This document shows positions 1 through 8,668 of a stretch of 20,635 nucleotides of DNA, one piece after another. The stretch is taken from contig LKMP01000015.1 of the NCBI GenBank assembly GCA_001563915.1, forward strand, positions 1 through 20,635, written 5' to 3'. This DNA comes from Nanohaloarchaea archaeon B1-Br10_U2g21. Lineage in GTDB: Archaea; Nanohalarchaeota; Nanosalinia; Nanosalinales; Nanosalinaceae. Numbering within the stretch: the first letter of the stretch is position 1; each line of letters starts with the position of its first letter. The translations under genes and the position numbers were made by a program. The notes beneath the pieces are model-generated. The model saw only the letters and a program-made list of their open reading frames with translations, had not been told where the DNA came from and did no database searches.

Positions 1-46
1 CCAAAATCAAGTATAAAAAAATGAACATTGTTACAAAGTGATTGTG

Positions 47-385
47 ATGAAGAACAATATACTGGAAGGACACGGAGAAACACTGAGCTATGAACTTTTA
101 GATTCGGGAGATAACCACGCCATAGCTGAAGTAGAGGGAGAGAGATATCTTATTGAGCAAGCTGGATTTGACGAAGAAACTCAGCAATACCTATTTGATA
201 TCATTGATAGCGACACAGTGTGTGTTGATGGAGATCATGGCTACAAAGGCCCTAATAGAGTAGCGTTATCCGCTAACAAAGTAGAAACATCAGAGTATAG
301 AGATGTAGTCGATACTGTGCTCAAGACAGGAGGAGCATTAAGACCGCAATCAGAAGGTCTTGAAGACCTCAGAGAGTTGTACTAA
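47..385 (+). CDS. Small acidic hypothetical protein
   Basis: ORF track 38..385. ATG at 47 is preferred because TATAAAAA at 12-19 sits about 28 nt upstream (leaderless pattern). A T-rich tract follows the stop. No family recognised. Confidence 0.7.
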   Translation: MKNNILEGHGETLSYELLDSGDNHAIAEVEGERYLIEQAGFDEETQQYLFDIIDSDTVCVDGDHGYKGPNRVALSANKVETSEYRDVVDTVLKTGGALRPQSEGLEDLRELY

Positions 386-465
386 ACTCCAAAATTCTTT
401 ATTTTTTATTCTGAACACGAAAGCAAAACATTTATAAAGTGTTACTACTAATGAATAACTATACT

Positions 466-822
466 ATGACAATTGATAGAATCGAAACTTCGGCAGACAA
501 AGAATCTGGATTCATTGAAGAAACCAGATATGATGAAGCCCTAGAATCTATTGAGGACTATGGAGGAAACCCAATTTCTCCTTCAGATAGAGCTCAATAC
601 GATGTAGTAGTTGAGATAGAAGGTCAAGAGTACGGCTTGAACGCGTCTGAAACTGGAGAAGGCGTTGCCGCTCTTCAAAACGAATTTCAGTCTGAATACG
701 GACCCGACATTAATGTAGCTCTTACTCGCGAAGGCAAAGGGTCAGCTTCAGCCGGAATTCTAACTCCTAATACAGAGACCATGACCGTTAGAGAAGCTGT
801 AAGGACTCTAAACGGAGACTAA
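466..822 (+). CDS. Small acidic hypothetical protein
   Basis: ORF track 439..822. TTTATAAA at 431-438 suggests the true start is ATG 466 (MTIDRIE...), with 451 as an alternative. The stop abuts the convergent metG stop. Confidence 0.7.
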   Translation: MTIDRIETSADKESGFIEETRYDEALESIEDYGGNPISPSDRAQYDVVVEIEGQEYGLNASETGEGVAALQNEFQSEYGPDINVALTREGKGSASAGILTPNTETMTVREAVRTLNGD

Positions 823-2883
823 CTACCTTATCTCACTACCTATCTTTATTTCTTTATTTGTAGTCAACAATGAAACGTTATCATCATCTTCTGCTGCCAG
901 CATCATACACTCACTCTTTTCGCCTCTCAACATTGCTGGCTCAAGGTTTGCTAAGACTATCACTCTTCTGCCTTCGAGCTCTTCTATACTATAGTGGTTG
1001 ACAAGTCCGGCACAAGTCTGTAATACTCTATCGCCGACATCAATTTTAACTTTATACAGTTTATCAGCATTAGGATGCTCTTCAATACTTACAACTTTAC
1101 CCGCCCTAATATCTAAGTCCTGAAAGTCTTCAAAACTCACAGTATTACGGCTTTTTTCCTCTTTAACATCGTCATCTTCATATTCTTCTACCATTTCAGC
1201 CACCTCAATCTTCTCAAATAATACTTCTCTTTCACCTAACTCATGGCCAGGTTCAAGATTCCCTAACAAAGGCTCAATGAACTCATCAATCCCCTCACCA
1301 ACATGAATGTCAATACTCAACATCTCTTCAATTCTTTTAGAAGCCTGTGGAGTATAAGGATAAAGCGCAACTCCTAAAGCACGGATTAAATGGAGAGCAA
1401 CATGAATAGTTTCTTCTCTTCGATCTTCGTTATTCCATGGTTCTTCTTCACTCAAGTATTGATCTCCAAGTCTTGCGAGCTCCGCCACTTTCTCAGCACC
1501 AGTCCTCAAATCGTGGCTTTCAAAAGACTCCGCATACTCATCCAGTATTTTCAGAGCTTTTTGCTCTACTTCCTTATCTTTTTGCGTCAACTCAGGAAAA
1601 GGCACTTCAGAGTCAAACCATTTCTCTGAAAGCGATAACGTACGATTCACAAAATTGCCTATAGTGTCGTTTAATACATTGTTAATTTCTGACTCAAAAT
1701 CGCTCCATGAAAACGTAGAATCGTGTTGTTGCGGCAAATTCCTTGCAAGATAAAACCGCCAGTAATCTGAAGGACAGAGTTCTAGAGCTTCTTCAGTTGA
1801 TAAACCCTTACCTCTGCTCTTAGAGAATTTTGTATCTTCCGCCAATAAAAACTGTTGTATAAACTCATAATGCGGTAACCCATAGCTCATTTCTTCTGTA
1901 GAACCTCCTATCAACATTGAAGGCCATATAACAGTGTGAAAAATAGTATTATCCTTTCCAATAGAATAATAAATATCGGACTCGCCATCCCAGTAGGACT
2001 TCCACTCATCACTGTCTTCAAAAAGCTCTCGGGTGAAGCCTATGTAACCTATAGGCGCATCAAACCATACATAAAGCACTTTTTCATCATACACTCCTGA
2101 ATCAAGCTTTGGAACATCTAAACTTTTTTCTTCAATCCTATTATTAACCTTTTCTACCGGGATCTTGAATCCCCACTCAATATCGCGAGTAATACAACGC
2201 TTCTCCGTATTTTCAATCGCATTTTTTACTTCTTTCAAAGAAGAATCCGGTACAGGACCATTCTCTACAACCCATTGCATAAGTTCTTCCTTGAATTTAG
2301 GAAGATCTAAGAACAAGTGTTTTGTTTCCCGAAACTCAATATCCTCGCTCCCAGAAATAGCAGAATGAGGCTCAATTAACTCCTCTGGCTCCAAAAGCAT
2401 ACCACAGTCATCGCATTGATCGCCTCTAGCTAGACCTCCACAATCAGGACATTTTCCTTCAATATACCTATCCGGAAGAAACCTGTTATCCTCTTCGGAA
2501 TAAGGCAATACTTGAGTCTCTTCAGATATATATCCGTTACAGTAAAGCTCTAGAAACATGTCATGCGTCTGTTTCCTATTGTAATCGCTGTGAGTATTTG
2601 AATAGATACTGAAGTCAAGATCAAATTTTTGAAGAACTCCTCTAACTTTCTCATGCTGCTGTTCCGCTAATTTTTCAACAGGTATATCTCTTTCTAAGGC
2701 CTCAAGTTCTAGAGGCGTACCGTGTACATCGCTTCCGCACACAAAAATGTTGTCGCGGCCTCTCAAATCTTGGTAGCGATGAAAAATATCGGCTGGAAGC
2801 ATACTGCCAACAATATTTCCTAGATGTGGTACTCCATGAATATACGGTAATGCAGATGTTATAGTTATTTTTTCTTCAGCGAT
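823..2883 (-). CDS. metG: Methionyl-tRNA synthetase with C-terminal tRNA-binding OB-fold domain; probable ATC start
   Basis: The frame extends 27 codons beyond the track's ATG 2802 (IAEEKITITSALPYIHGVPHLGNIVGS), which contains the HIGH-type motif HLGN. Also GSDVHG, Zn knuckle CPDC..CDDC, LYVWFDAPIGY, KFSKS and a C-terminal DIRAGKV..HPNADKLY domain. Confidence 0.97.
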   Translation of the reverse strand: MAEEKITITSALPYIHGVPHLGNIVGSMLPADIFHRYQDLRGRDNIFVCGSDVHGTPLELEALERDIPVEKLAEQQHEKVRGVLQKFDLDFSIYSNTHSDYNRKQTHDMFLELYCNGYISEETQVLPYSEEDNRFLPDRYIEGKCPDCGGLARGDQCDDCGMLLEPEELIEPHSAISGSEDIEFRETKHLFLDLPKFKEELMQWVVENGPVPDSSLKEVKNAIENTEKRCITRDIEWGFKIPVEKVNNRIEEKSLDVPKLDSGVYDEKVLYVWFDAPIGYIGFTRELFEDSDEWKSYWDGESDIYYSIGKDNTIFHTVIWPSMLIGGSTEEMSYGLPHYEFIQQFLLAEDTKFSKSRGKGLSTEEALELCPSDYWRFYLARNLPQQHDSTFSWSDFESEINNVLNDTIGNFVNRTLSLSEKWFDSEVPFPELTQKDKEVEQKALKILDEYAESFESHDLRTGAEKVAELARLGDQYLSEEEPWNNEDRREETIHVALHLIRALGVALYPYTPQASKRIEEMLSIDIHVGEGIDEFIEPLLGNLEPGHELGEREVLFEKIEVAEMVEEYEDDDVKEEKSRNTVSFEDFQDLDIRAGKVVSIEEHPNADKLYKVKIDVGDRVLQTCAGLVNHYSIEELEGRRVIVLANLEPAMLRGEKSECMMLAAEDDDNVSLLTTNKEIKIGSEIR

Positions 2884-2889
2884 TACAGT

Positions 2890-2895
2890 TCACCT
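2890..2895 (-). promoter_or_regulatory. Shine-Dalgarno AGGTGA of metG
   Basis: Minus strand reads AGGTGA-ACTGTA-ATC-GCT-GAA. The same AGGTGA-N6-start geometry precedes the integrase TTG. Confidence 0.7.
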
Positions 2896-2988
2896 ATCAA
2901 TAAATGGTTGACAGCAATTTTTATACGGATTAAGTGAAACTCTGATTCGAAGACCTAGATTTATTTACGAGCCAGAACAATCTAACTT

Positions 2989-5634
2989 ATGCATAAGTAC
3001 GTCACCTTTTTTCTGTTCCTGTTAGTCTTCATAGGTCTAAGCACTGCTTACCAACAGAGTACTAGCATACCTGATGTAAATTTTGAAGGCGGAGAAACTT
3101 TTGATCCTAATTCAGATGAAATGGGATCTATTGAAGAGATAGAACTATTTTTCAGACACGATGATGATAATACGCCTTGGAACTCTGAAATTGAGGTGGA
3201 GGGAGAAAGTTTTGAAGTAGTAGACGAAGAAAGAATTAACAGCGATGAAGGAAGACTATTAGCAGAGGCTGAATCACCAATAGAGCTTTTTGAGGGGGAT
3301 ATAGACGTTTTTGTAGATTCTGAAGATCAGCTTCTTTTAACATCAATCGTGCTTATAGGCGATAGAAGGTTTCAGAGTGTTACTCCTGCTGAAGAAACAG
3401 ACACTGGCATTGCCGAAACTCTTGACCCTAATCTAGAAGTCGTAGTTGACCATCCTGAAGACCAGTTTATGGACTTTACATTTTATGATATTGAAGAAGA
3501 ATCAGAACTCGGAGAAACATATACTTTTACTACATGCGGTGTTGAAGGCCGAATTGGGCCTTCTCAAGAAGACTGTGATTCTGAATACGAAGGAGATAGT
3601 CTTGAAGACTCTGTAAATATTGTTGACTCCGGATATCAAGAATGGACTGTTCCTTTTGATGGGAAGTACAATATTACTGCTGCAGGCGCTAGAGGCGGAG
3701 GAGATGATGGAGGCGATGGCGCAGTAATCCAATCCGAACAATATCTAAATGAAGGAGATACTCTGAGAATTTTAGTAGGTCAAGTAGGCGATGCATTTTC
3801 CGATACTTTTACTTCTGGAGGTGGAGGTACGTTCATATCGACCACAGAAGGAAATAATTATACAATGGCTGATGGTACAACTCACGAGCCCTTGCTAGTG
3901 GCAGGAGGCGGTGCAGGCGCAACTGATCCTGGTCATGACCAAGATGGTAGTTTAGATGAAGACGGAAATAGTGCTTACTCTTCAAGCGGCTGTGGTGATG
4001 CTGGTTCTCCTGGCGAAAGTTGTGGGGGAGGCACAGTAGGAGGCGGAGGTTTTGACGTAGCTGGTGGAGGAGGACTATGTGAGGGGGGTGGAGAAGACGA
4101 ACCTTACGACGAAGAAGAAGGAGGATGGTCTTTTAACACAGGAGGAAAAGGAGGCGACGGAGATTCAGAAGGCGGGTGGGGTGGAGGAGGAGCATCAACT
4201 GAAGTATCATGCGATCGTGCAGGAGGTGGTGGAGGCTACTCTGGCGGAGCGGCTTCAAGAGGAGGGAGCGGAGGCGGAAACGCTGCAGGAGGAGGAGGAG
4301 GCAGTTTCGTACACGATGACGGAAATTTGATAGATGCAGAAGCATCAAACACCGGACAAGGTATTGTCGAAATAGAGATTGAAGGAAGTCCTGATCAGGT
4401 GATAGGTACAGATAGTAATATTGAGTCTGGAGAACTAGCAGAATTAGAGTGGAGCGATAGAGAGAATTTTGAAGATTACAGCTGGACTGTAGAGGCATGT
4501 GAGACTGGAAACGAAAACTGTGTCTTAAGCACATCCATATGGGATTTTACAGTCGAAATTTCTGATCCTGATATAGATCTTAGCTTTGAACCTGATAACG
4601 ATCAACATGCTTTTGACGCAGTAGCTGAGATTGAATTTGGACGAGACTCAGGCGAATATAATGAAGAATGCTACTTCAACATTACCAATGGAAATGAAGA
4701 ATACAATCACATAGATGGCGATTTTGAAACTACTGGTACAAGAACTGCAGTTTGTGAGAAGAAAATATATCCTGAGTCTAATGATGACAAATTTGATCCC
4801 GATGATGAATATAATGGGCTTTTTGAAGGATTCGAAGTTTGGGACGATATTGAAGTAGATGTGAACGTGACTGATCATGGTATTGGATCAAATAATTTGA
4901 CACGCACTAACCCTATCCGAAATCAAGATCCGGTAGCCTCACTTAATACTCCTAATGATGGCGGTTTAGCTCTAGACGAAGATGTAGAGCTTTCTATACA
5001 AGTCAATAACCCTGAAGGAGATGACGTAGATGTGGAACTACGAGACCGGAACGCTGAAGAAACACTGCACTCAGATAGTTACTCTTCAGGAAGTACCGTA
5101 GATACAATTTGGGAAGATTTAGATTTAGGAACTTATGAGTGGGATATAGTGTTAGAAGATCCCTACAATCGGACAACAAGTCAGCTGTTGGAGTTTCACC
5201 GAGTTGTATCACGTAGTTATAGACCTTCAACAGGTGTAGAACATGAATACTCTTCCTTAGTTGTCTCTGAAGGCGAAAGCGACTTTATGTTCTTTGAAAT
5301 AACAAATCAACAGTCTACTCGAGACTTTACTACTTATTTAGAAGGCGATGGAGTTGAAACAGATTTCGTTGAAACTGATGAAAGCTCAAAAAGTTATGAA
5401 GTCGAACAGGGCGAAACAGAAAGATTTCATGTAAGAGTTACTGGTGAAAATCCTGGAGAACACGAGCTGAGAATAATTACGGAAGATGATAATCTAAAAG
5501 TAAATACAACAGAAACGTTTCCTATATTTATCCAGTCAAGAGAAACAGAAAGCCATGGAATACCCGGCCTAACACTTTATTATATAGGCCTGATATACTT
5601 GCTAGCTGCTAGTTATTTCTGGTTTTCAGCCTGA
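2989..5634 (+). CDS. Large acidic cell-surface protein: signal peptide, Ig-like repeats, ALK/LTK-like glycine-rich domain, C-terminal IPGL plus transmembrane anchor
   Basis: Hydrophobic N-terminus MHKYVTFFLFLLVFIGLSTA. Motifs FTTCG..G..GP, QEWTVP..GKY.ITAAGA.GG, L.ILVGQ, PLLVAGGG and polyglycine runs. C-terminus GIPGLTLYYIGLIYLLAASYFWF. Several N-x-S/T sequons. Confidence 0.85.
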   Translation: MHKYVTFFLFLLVFIGLSTAYQQSTSIPDVNFEGGETFDPNSDEMGSIEEIELFFRHDDDNTPWNSEIEVEGESFEVVDEERINSDEGRLLAEAESPIELFEGDIDVFVDSEDQLLLTSIVLIGDRRFQSVTPAEETDTGIAETLDPNLEVVVDHPEDQFMDFTFYDIEEESELGETYTFTTCGVEGRIGPSQEDCDSEYEGDSLEDSVNIVDSGYQEWTVPFDGKYNITAAGARGGGDDGGDGAVIQSEQYLNEGDTLRILVGQVGDAFSDTFTSGGGGTFISTTEGNNYTMADGTTHEPLLVAGGGAGATDPGHDQDGSLDEDGNSAYSSSGCGDAGSPGESCGGGTVGGGGFDVAGGGGLCEGGGEDEPYDEEEGGWSFNTGGKGGDGDSEGGWGGGGASTEVSCDRAGGGGGYSGGAASRGGSGGGNAAGGGGGSFVHDDGNLIDAEASNTGQGIVEIEIEGSPDQVIGTDSNIESGELAELEWSDRENFEDYSWTVEACETGNENCVLSTSIWDFTVEISDPDIDLSFEPDNDQHAFDAVAEIEFGRDSGEYNEECYFNITNGNEEYNHIDGDFETTGTRTAVCEKKIYPESNDDKFDPDDEYNGLFEGFEVWDDIEVDVNVTDHGIGSNNLTRTNPIRNQDPVASLNTPNDGGLALDEDVELSIQVNNPEGDDVDVELRDRNAEETLHSDSYSSGSTVDTIWEDLDLGTYEWDIVLEDPYNRTTSQLLEFHRVVSRSYRPSTGVEHEYSSLVVSEGESDFMFFEITNQQSTRDFTTYLEGDGVETDFVETDESSKSYEVEQGETERFHVRVTGENPGEHELRIITEDDNLKVNTTETFPIFIQSRETESHGIPGLTLYYIGLIYLLAASYFWFSA

Positions 5635-5797
5635 CAATGTATCCTGCGACTCGATTTCTTAATCTTTTAGAGTTAAACTCTCCTGTTTCACTAAGTAATT
5701 CTTTGTTCTCATCGAAGTCTTCAGAAAATTCTTTATTGTCTGACTCTACCAAATCTTTTGCAAGCCTCTTGATGTAGGTTTGCCTTACTCTTCCCAT
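5609..5797 (-). CDS. rps17e: Small-subunit ribosomal protein eS17
   Basis: MGRVRQTYIKRLA..FSEDFDENK..SKRLRNRVAGYI signature. 3' end overlaps the convergent surface-protein gene by 26 nt. Confidence 0.97.
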   Translation of the reverse strand: MGRVRQTYIKRLAKDLVESDNKEFSEDFDENKELLSETGEFNSKRLRNRVAGYIVRLKTRNN

Positions 5798-5970
5798 AAC
5801 ATAGCTACAGGGGTAAAAACTCTTAAATGGAAAGGCTTTTTTCAGGATAGATAAATTAAACTGGCAGAACTCTTAGCTTTCTTAAGACATAGATTTCATT
5901 CATAGGCCTAGATACGAACTAATTTCTAACATGAAAGAGTTGAAAAAGTTCTGAATACTAATCTCTGTTT

Positions 5971-6684
5971 ATGACTGATATGCTATACTATCCTAGTAAT
6001 GAGTACCAAAAAGAGTTTGAAGCTAAAGTGCAGGGGAAAGGAAAAGACTATGTAGTACTAGATAGAACTTTGTTTTATCCTGAAGGCGGAGGCCAACCCT
6101 ATGATACTGGCGAATTGAAATGGAGGGATGAAAATGCGTCAGTCATAAAGGTGAAGAAAAAGAAGGGAGAAATACGGCATTATATTGATGGATCTCTTCC
6201 TGAACCTGACACAGTAGTTAAAGGCAAAATCAACTGGGATCGACGTTACAACCATATGCGTATGCATAGCGCTCAGCACATTATTTCATGGATTGTGCTG
6301 AACATGTATAATGGACAAACTGCTGGAAATCAGATACATGAAGATTATTCTCGAATCGATTTTGAACCAGTTGAGTTCAGTAGTCGTGATGTAGAAAAAA
6401 TTGAACAAGCTTCAAACGCATTAATTGAAAAGGAACTTGAGGTCAAAAAGAAAGAGATGGCTCGGGAACTAATAGAAAAGCAGATGACTGAAGGCCGCAC
6501 TAACCTTGAACTCATACCAAGCAACATCGACCCTCTCAGAGTAGTAGTGATCGCAGATGAAGACGTATGTCCATGCGGTGGAACTCACGTAGACAATCTC
6601 AAAGAAATCGGGAAAATCAACATAGTAAACAGAAAGTCAAAAGGCGCAAACGTAGAAAGACTTGAATTCAAACTTGAGAACTAG
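5971..6684 (+). CDS. alaX: Free-standing alanyl-tRNA editing protein (AlaX-M type)
   Basis: VVLDRTLFYPEGGGQPYDTG, Zn-binding HSAQH (HxxxH) and CPCGGTHV; 237 aa. Confidence 0.93.
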   Translation: MTDMLYYPSNEYQKEFEAKVQGKGKDYVVLDRTLFYPEGGGQPYDTGELKWRDENASVIKVKKKKGEIRHYIDGSLPEPDTVVKGKINWDRRYNHMRMHSAQHIISWIVLNMYNGQTAGNQIHEDYSRIDFEPVEFSSRDVEKIEQASNALIEKELEVKKKEMARELIEKQMTEGRTNLELIPSNIDPLRVVVIADEDVCPCGGTHVDNLKEIGKINIVNRKSKGANVERLEFKLEN

Positions 6685-8462
6685 AGTTCATAGAACTGAC
6701 CTTTCTTTCTCTGCTCCTTATCTTTCTGACTATCAGGCTTATTAGCACGAGGCCTGCCCGTTTCAGGGTCTTTCCTGAACGTTACGTCGACTTCTTTCAG
6801 GAACTCATTCAAAGCCTCTTCAATCATCATAGGTTCTGTTGACTCTCCACTGATCCCTGGCTTTCCTTTGAACACTATTCCCCGGTCTGATACGTAATCA
6901 AGCAGTAAGAGGTCGTGATCAATTATCATCAATGGTTTCTCCTCTTTTCGTGAGAAGTTCTTCAGAGTCTTGCCGAGTTTTACACGAGACTCAACATCGA
7001 GAAATGCAGAGGGCTCATCAAGCAAGTATACATCTGCATTGCGTGATAGGCAGATCGCTACCGCGACCCGTTGAAGCTCTCCACCCGAAAGGTTGCTTAA
7101 CTTTCTCTCATACAGCGGCTTAATTTCCAGTGGTTCTTCGATACGCGTCTGAAACCTCTTCGAGTTCATAACCGCTTCGTTTGGGAAGGCTTCCTTCACC
7201 AATACGTCAGAGGCCTCTATGTACTGAGTCTTATATGATATTGAGGTCTTCGGTGACTCTCCACTATCAGGTTCAATAGCTCCTGCAAGCATCTTAGCAA
7301 AAACTGTTTTGCCCAGTCCATTTTCTCCCACAATTCCAATTATCTCTTCTTCTTTCAGGTTTCCTTCTGAGGCGTTCAATTCAAATCCATCGTCTCCGAA
7401 CTTCTTTTTCATTCCGCTGTATTGCAGTATTTCTGCTCCTTCTCCTCTTTCTTCTCCAGATTTATCGAAGCTAATAGCATCGGAACGAATCTTCAGATTC
7501 TGTGACGGTATATGACCTTCCAAGTACTGATTAATCCCATTTTTCGTGCTTAACGCGTTAGATACCATTCCGTAGCTTCCTTTCTCACCGTAGAATATAT
7601 GGATTCTGTCTGAAATCAGGTCGAGTGTCGCGAGATCGTGTTCAATTGCGAGCACATTTTCATCAATACTTGTTATCTCGCCGCCAGTTTTCAGTCTCTG
7701 ACCTACGTCGAGATAGCTCGAGGGCTCATCGAAAATGTAGATCTCCGCGTCTTCGAGCAGCGTGGATGCTATGGCAAGTCTCTGAAGCTCCCCGCCGGAC
7801 AACTGTTCAAGCTCACGATCAAACAGCTTCATCAGCTCGAACTTTTTCGCTATCTCCTCCACGCCTTCCTGTTCGCCGTTTCTCTCAAGGAACTCTTTTA
7901 CAGTACCCTTGAAAATCTCAGGTATTCTTTCTACTTGCTGTGGCTTTGTGGCAGACTTTAATTCTTCGTTCGCCAGTTTTTCGATGTGGTTCTGAAGGCC
8001 TGTGCCTCTAAAGTTTTTCTTTATGTCCTGCCACTCAGGAGGCTGTTTATAGTCACCAAGATTAGGTTTGAGCTTGTTTGTTATTATTTTTGAAGCAACA
8101 GTTTTTCCTAGACCATTTTCTCCTAGTATTCCTATTGCTGCATCTTCTTCAGGTACTGGAAGCCCGTACAACCTAAACTCATTTTCTCCAAACTGATGTA
8201 CTTTATCTCCTTCTTCGTGTACAAGCTGTACCATTTGTATAGCTCCTTCGTATGGATATTTGTTGACCGCCATTTTGTGCGCTTCCATAACATCTCCATC
8301 ATTGATGTGCAGTTCTTCGTTTTCGTCTATATAGAACCCTCCTTCTTTTCCTGCACGATTCAATGGATCAAAGTTAATTACTGTCTCTCTAGCTAAATCT
8401 GGCTCTATTTTATCTTGATCAACTATCACTATGAATTTTTTCGAGTTCTTTTCCGAAGCCAT
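6681..8462 (-). CDS. rli: Ribosome recycling ATPase ABCE1 (RLI) with a cysteine-free N-terminal domain
   Basis: Two nucleotide-binding domains (GENGLGKT twice, LSGGELQR twice, DEPSSYLD / DEPSAFLD), HQFGENEFRLYGLPVP, and the ABCE1-specific tail TFRKDPETGRPRANKPDSQKDKEQ. Confidence 0.96.
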   Translation of the reverse strand: MASEKNSKKFIVIVDQDKIEPDLARETVINFDPLNRAGKEGGFYIDENEELHINDGDVMEAHKMAVNKYPYEGAIQMVQLVHEEGDKVHQFGENEFRLYGLPVPEEDAAIGILGENGLGKTVASKIITNKLKPNLGDYKQPPEWQDIKKNFRGTGLQNHIEKLANEELKSATKPQQVERIPEIFKGTVKEFLERNGEQEGVEEIAKKFELMKLFDRELEQLSGGELQRLAIASTLLEDAEIYIFDEPSSYLDVGQRLKTGGEITSIDENVLAIEHDLATLDLISDRIHIFYGEKGSYGMVSNALSTKNGINQYLEGHIPSQNLKIRSDAISFDKSGEERGEGAEILQYSGMKKKFGDDGFELNASEGNLKEEEIIGIVGENGLGKTVFAKMLAGAIEPDSGESPKTSISYKTQYIEASDVLVKEAFPNEAVMNSKRFQTRIEEPLEIKPLYERKLSNLSGGELQRVAVAICLSRNADVYLLDEPSAFLDVESRVKLGKTLKNFSRKEEKPLMIIDHDLLLLDYVSDRGIVFKGKPGISGESTEPMMIEEALNEFLKEVDVTFRKDPETGRPRANKPDSQKDKEQRKKGQFYEL

Positions 8463-8668
8463 AAAATTTTCTTATAGCTCTAATTTTAATTAAGGGTTGT
8501 ATCTATCACAAAGTTTTTCTGGGAGATGCTCTTGAGTTGAATGAGCTTAAAGCATGCGAAATTGTGTAGCGTCGTTGATAAAGAAGAAAAGATAGTGATT
8601 AAGTTTTTAGAAAAATTAGGAGAAGAAGGATTGAATTTACCTTCTAAATAACTTAATAGCCATTATGC

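Noticed and set aside
823-2802. metG as an N-terminally truncated pseudogene
   Set aside because: The upstream frame is open and encodes an intact TSALPY..HLGN segment behind a good SD.
4064-4534. Alternative-frame ORFs in the glycine-rich region
   Set aside because: By-products of GGA/GGC codon runs inside the surface-protein gene.
8541-8651. 36-aa plus-strand ORF MSLKHAKLCSVVDKEEK...
   Set aside because: Short, no recognisable motif and no clear SD; it cannot be supported, though it is not excluded.
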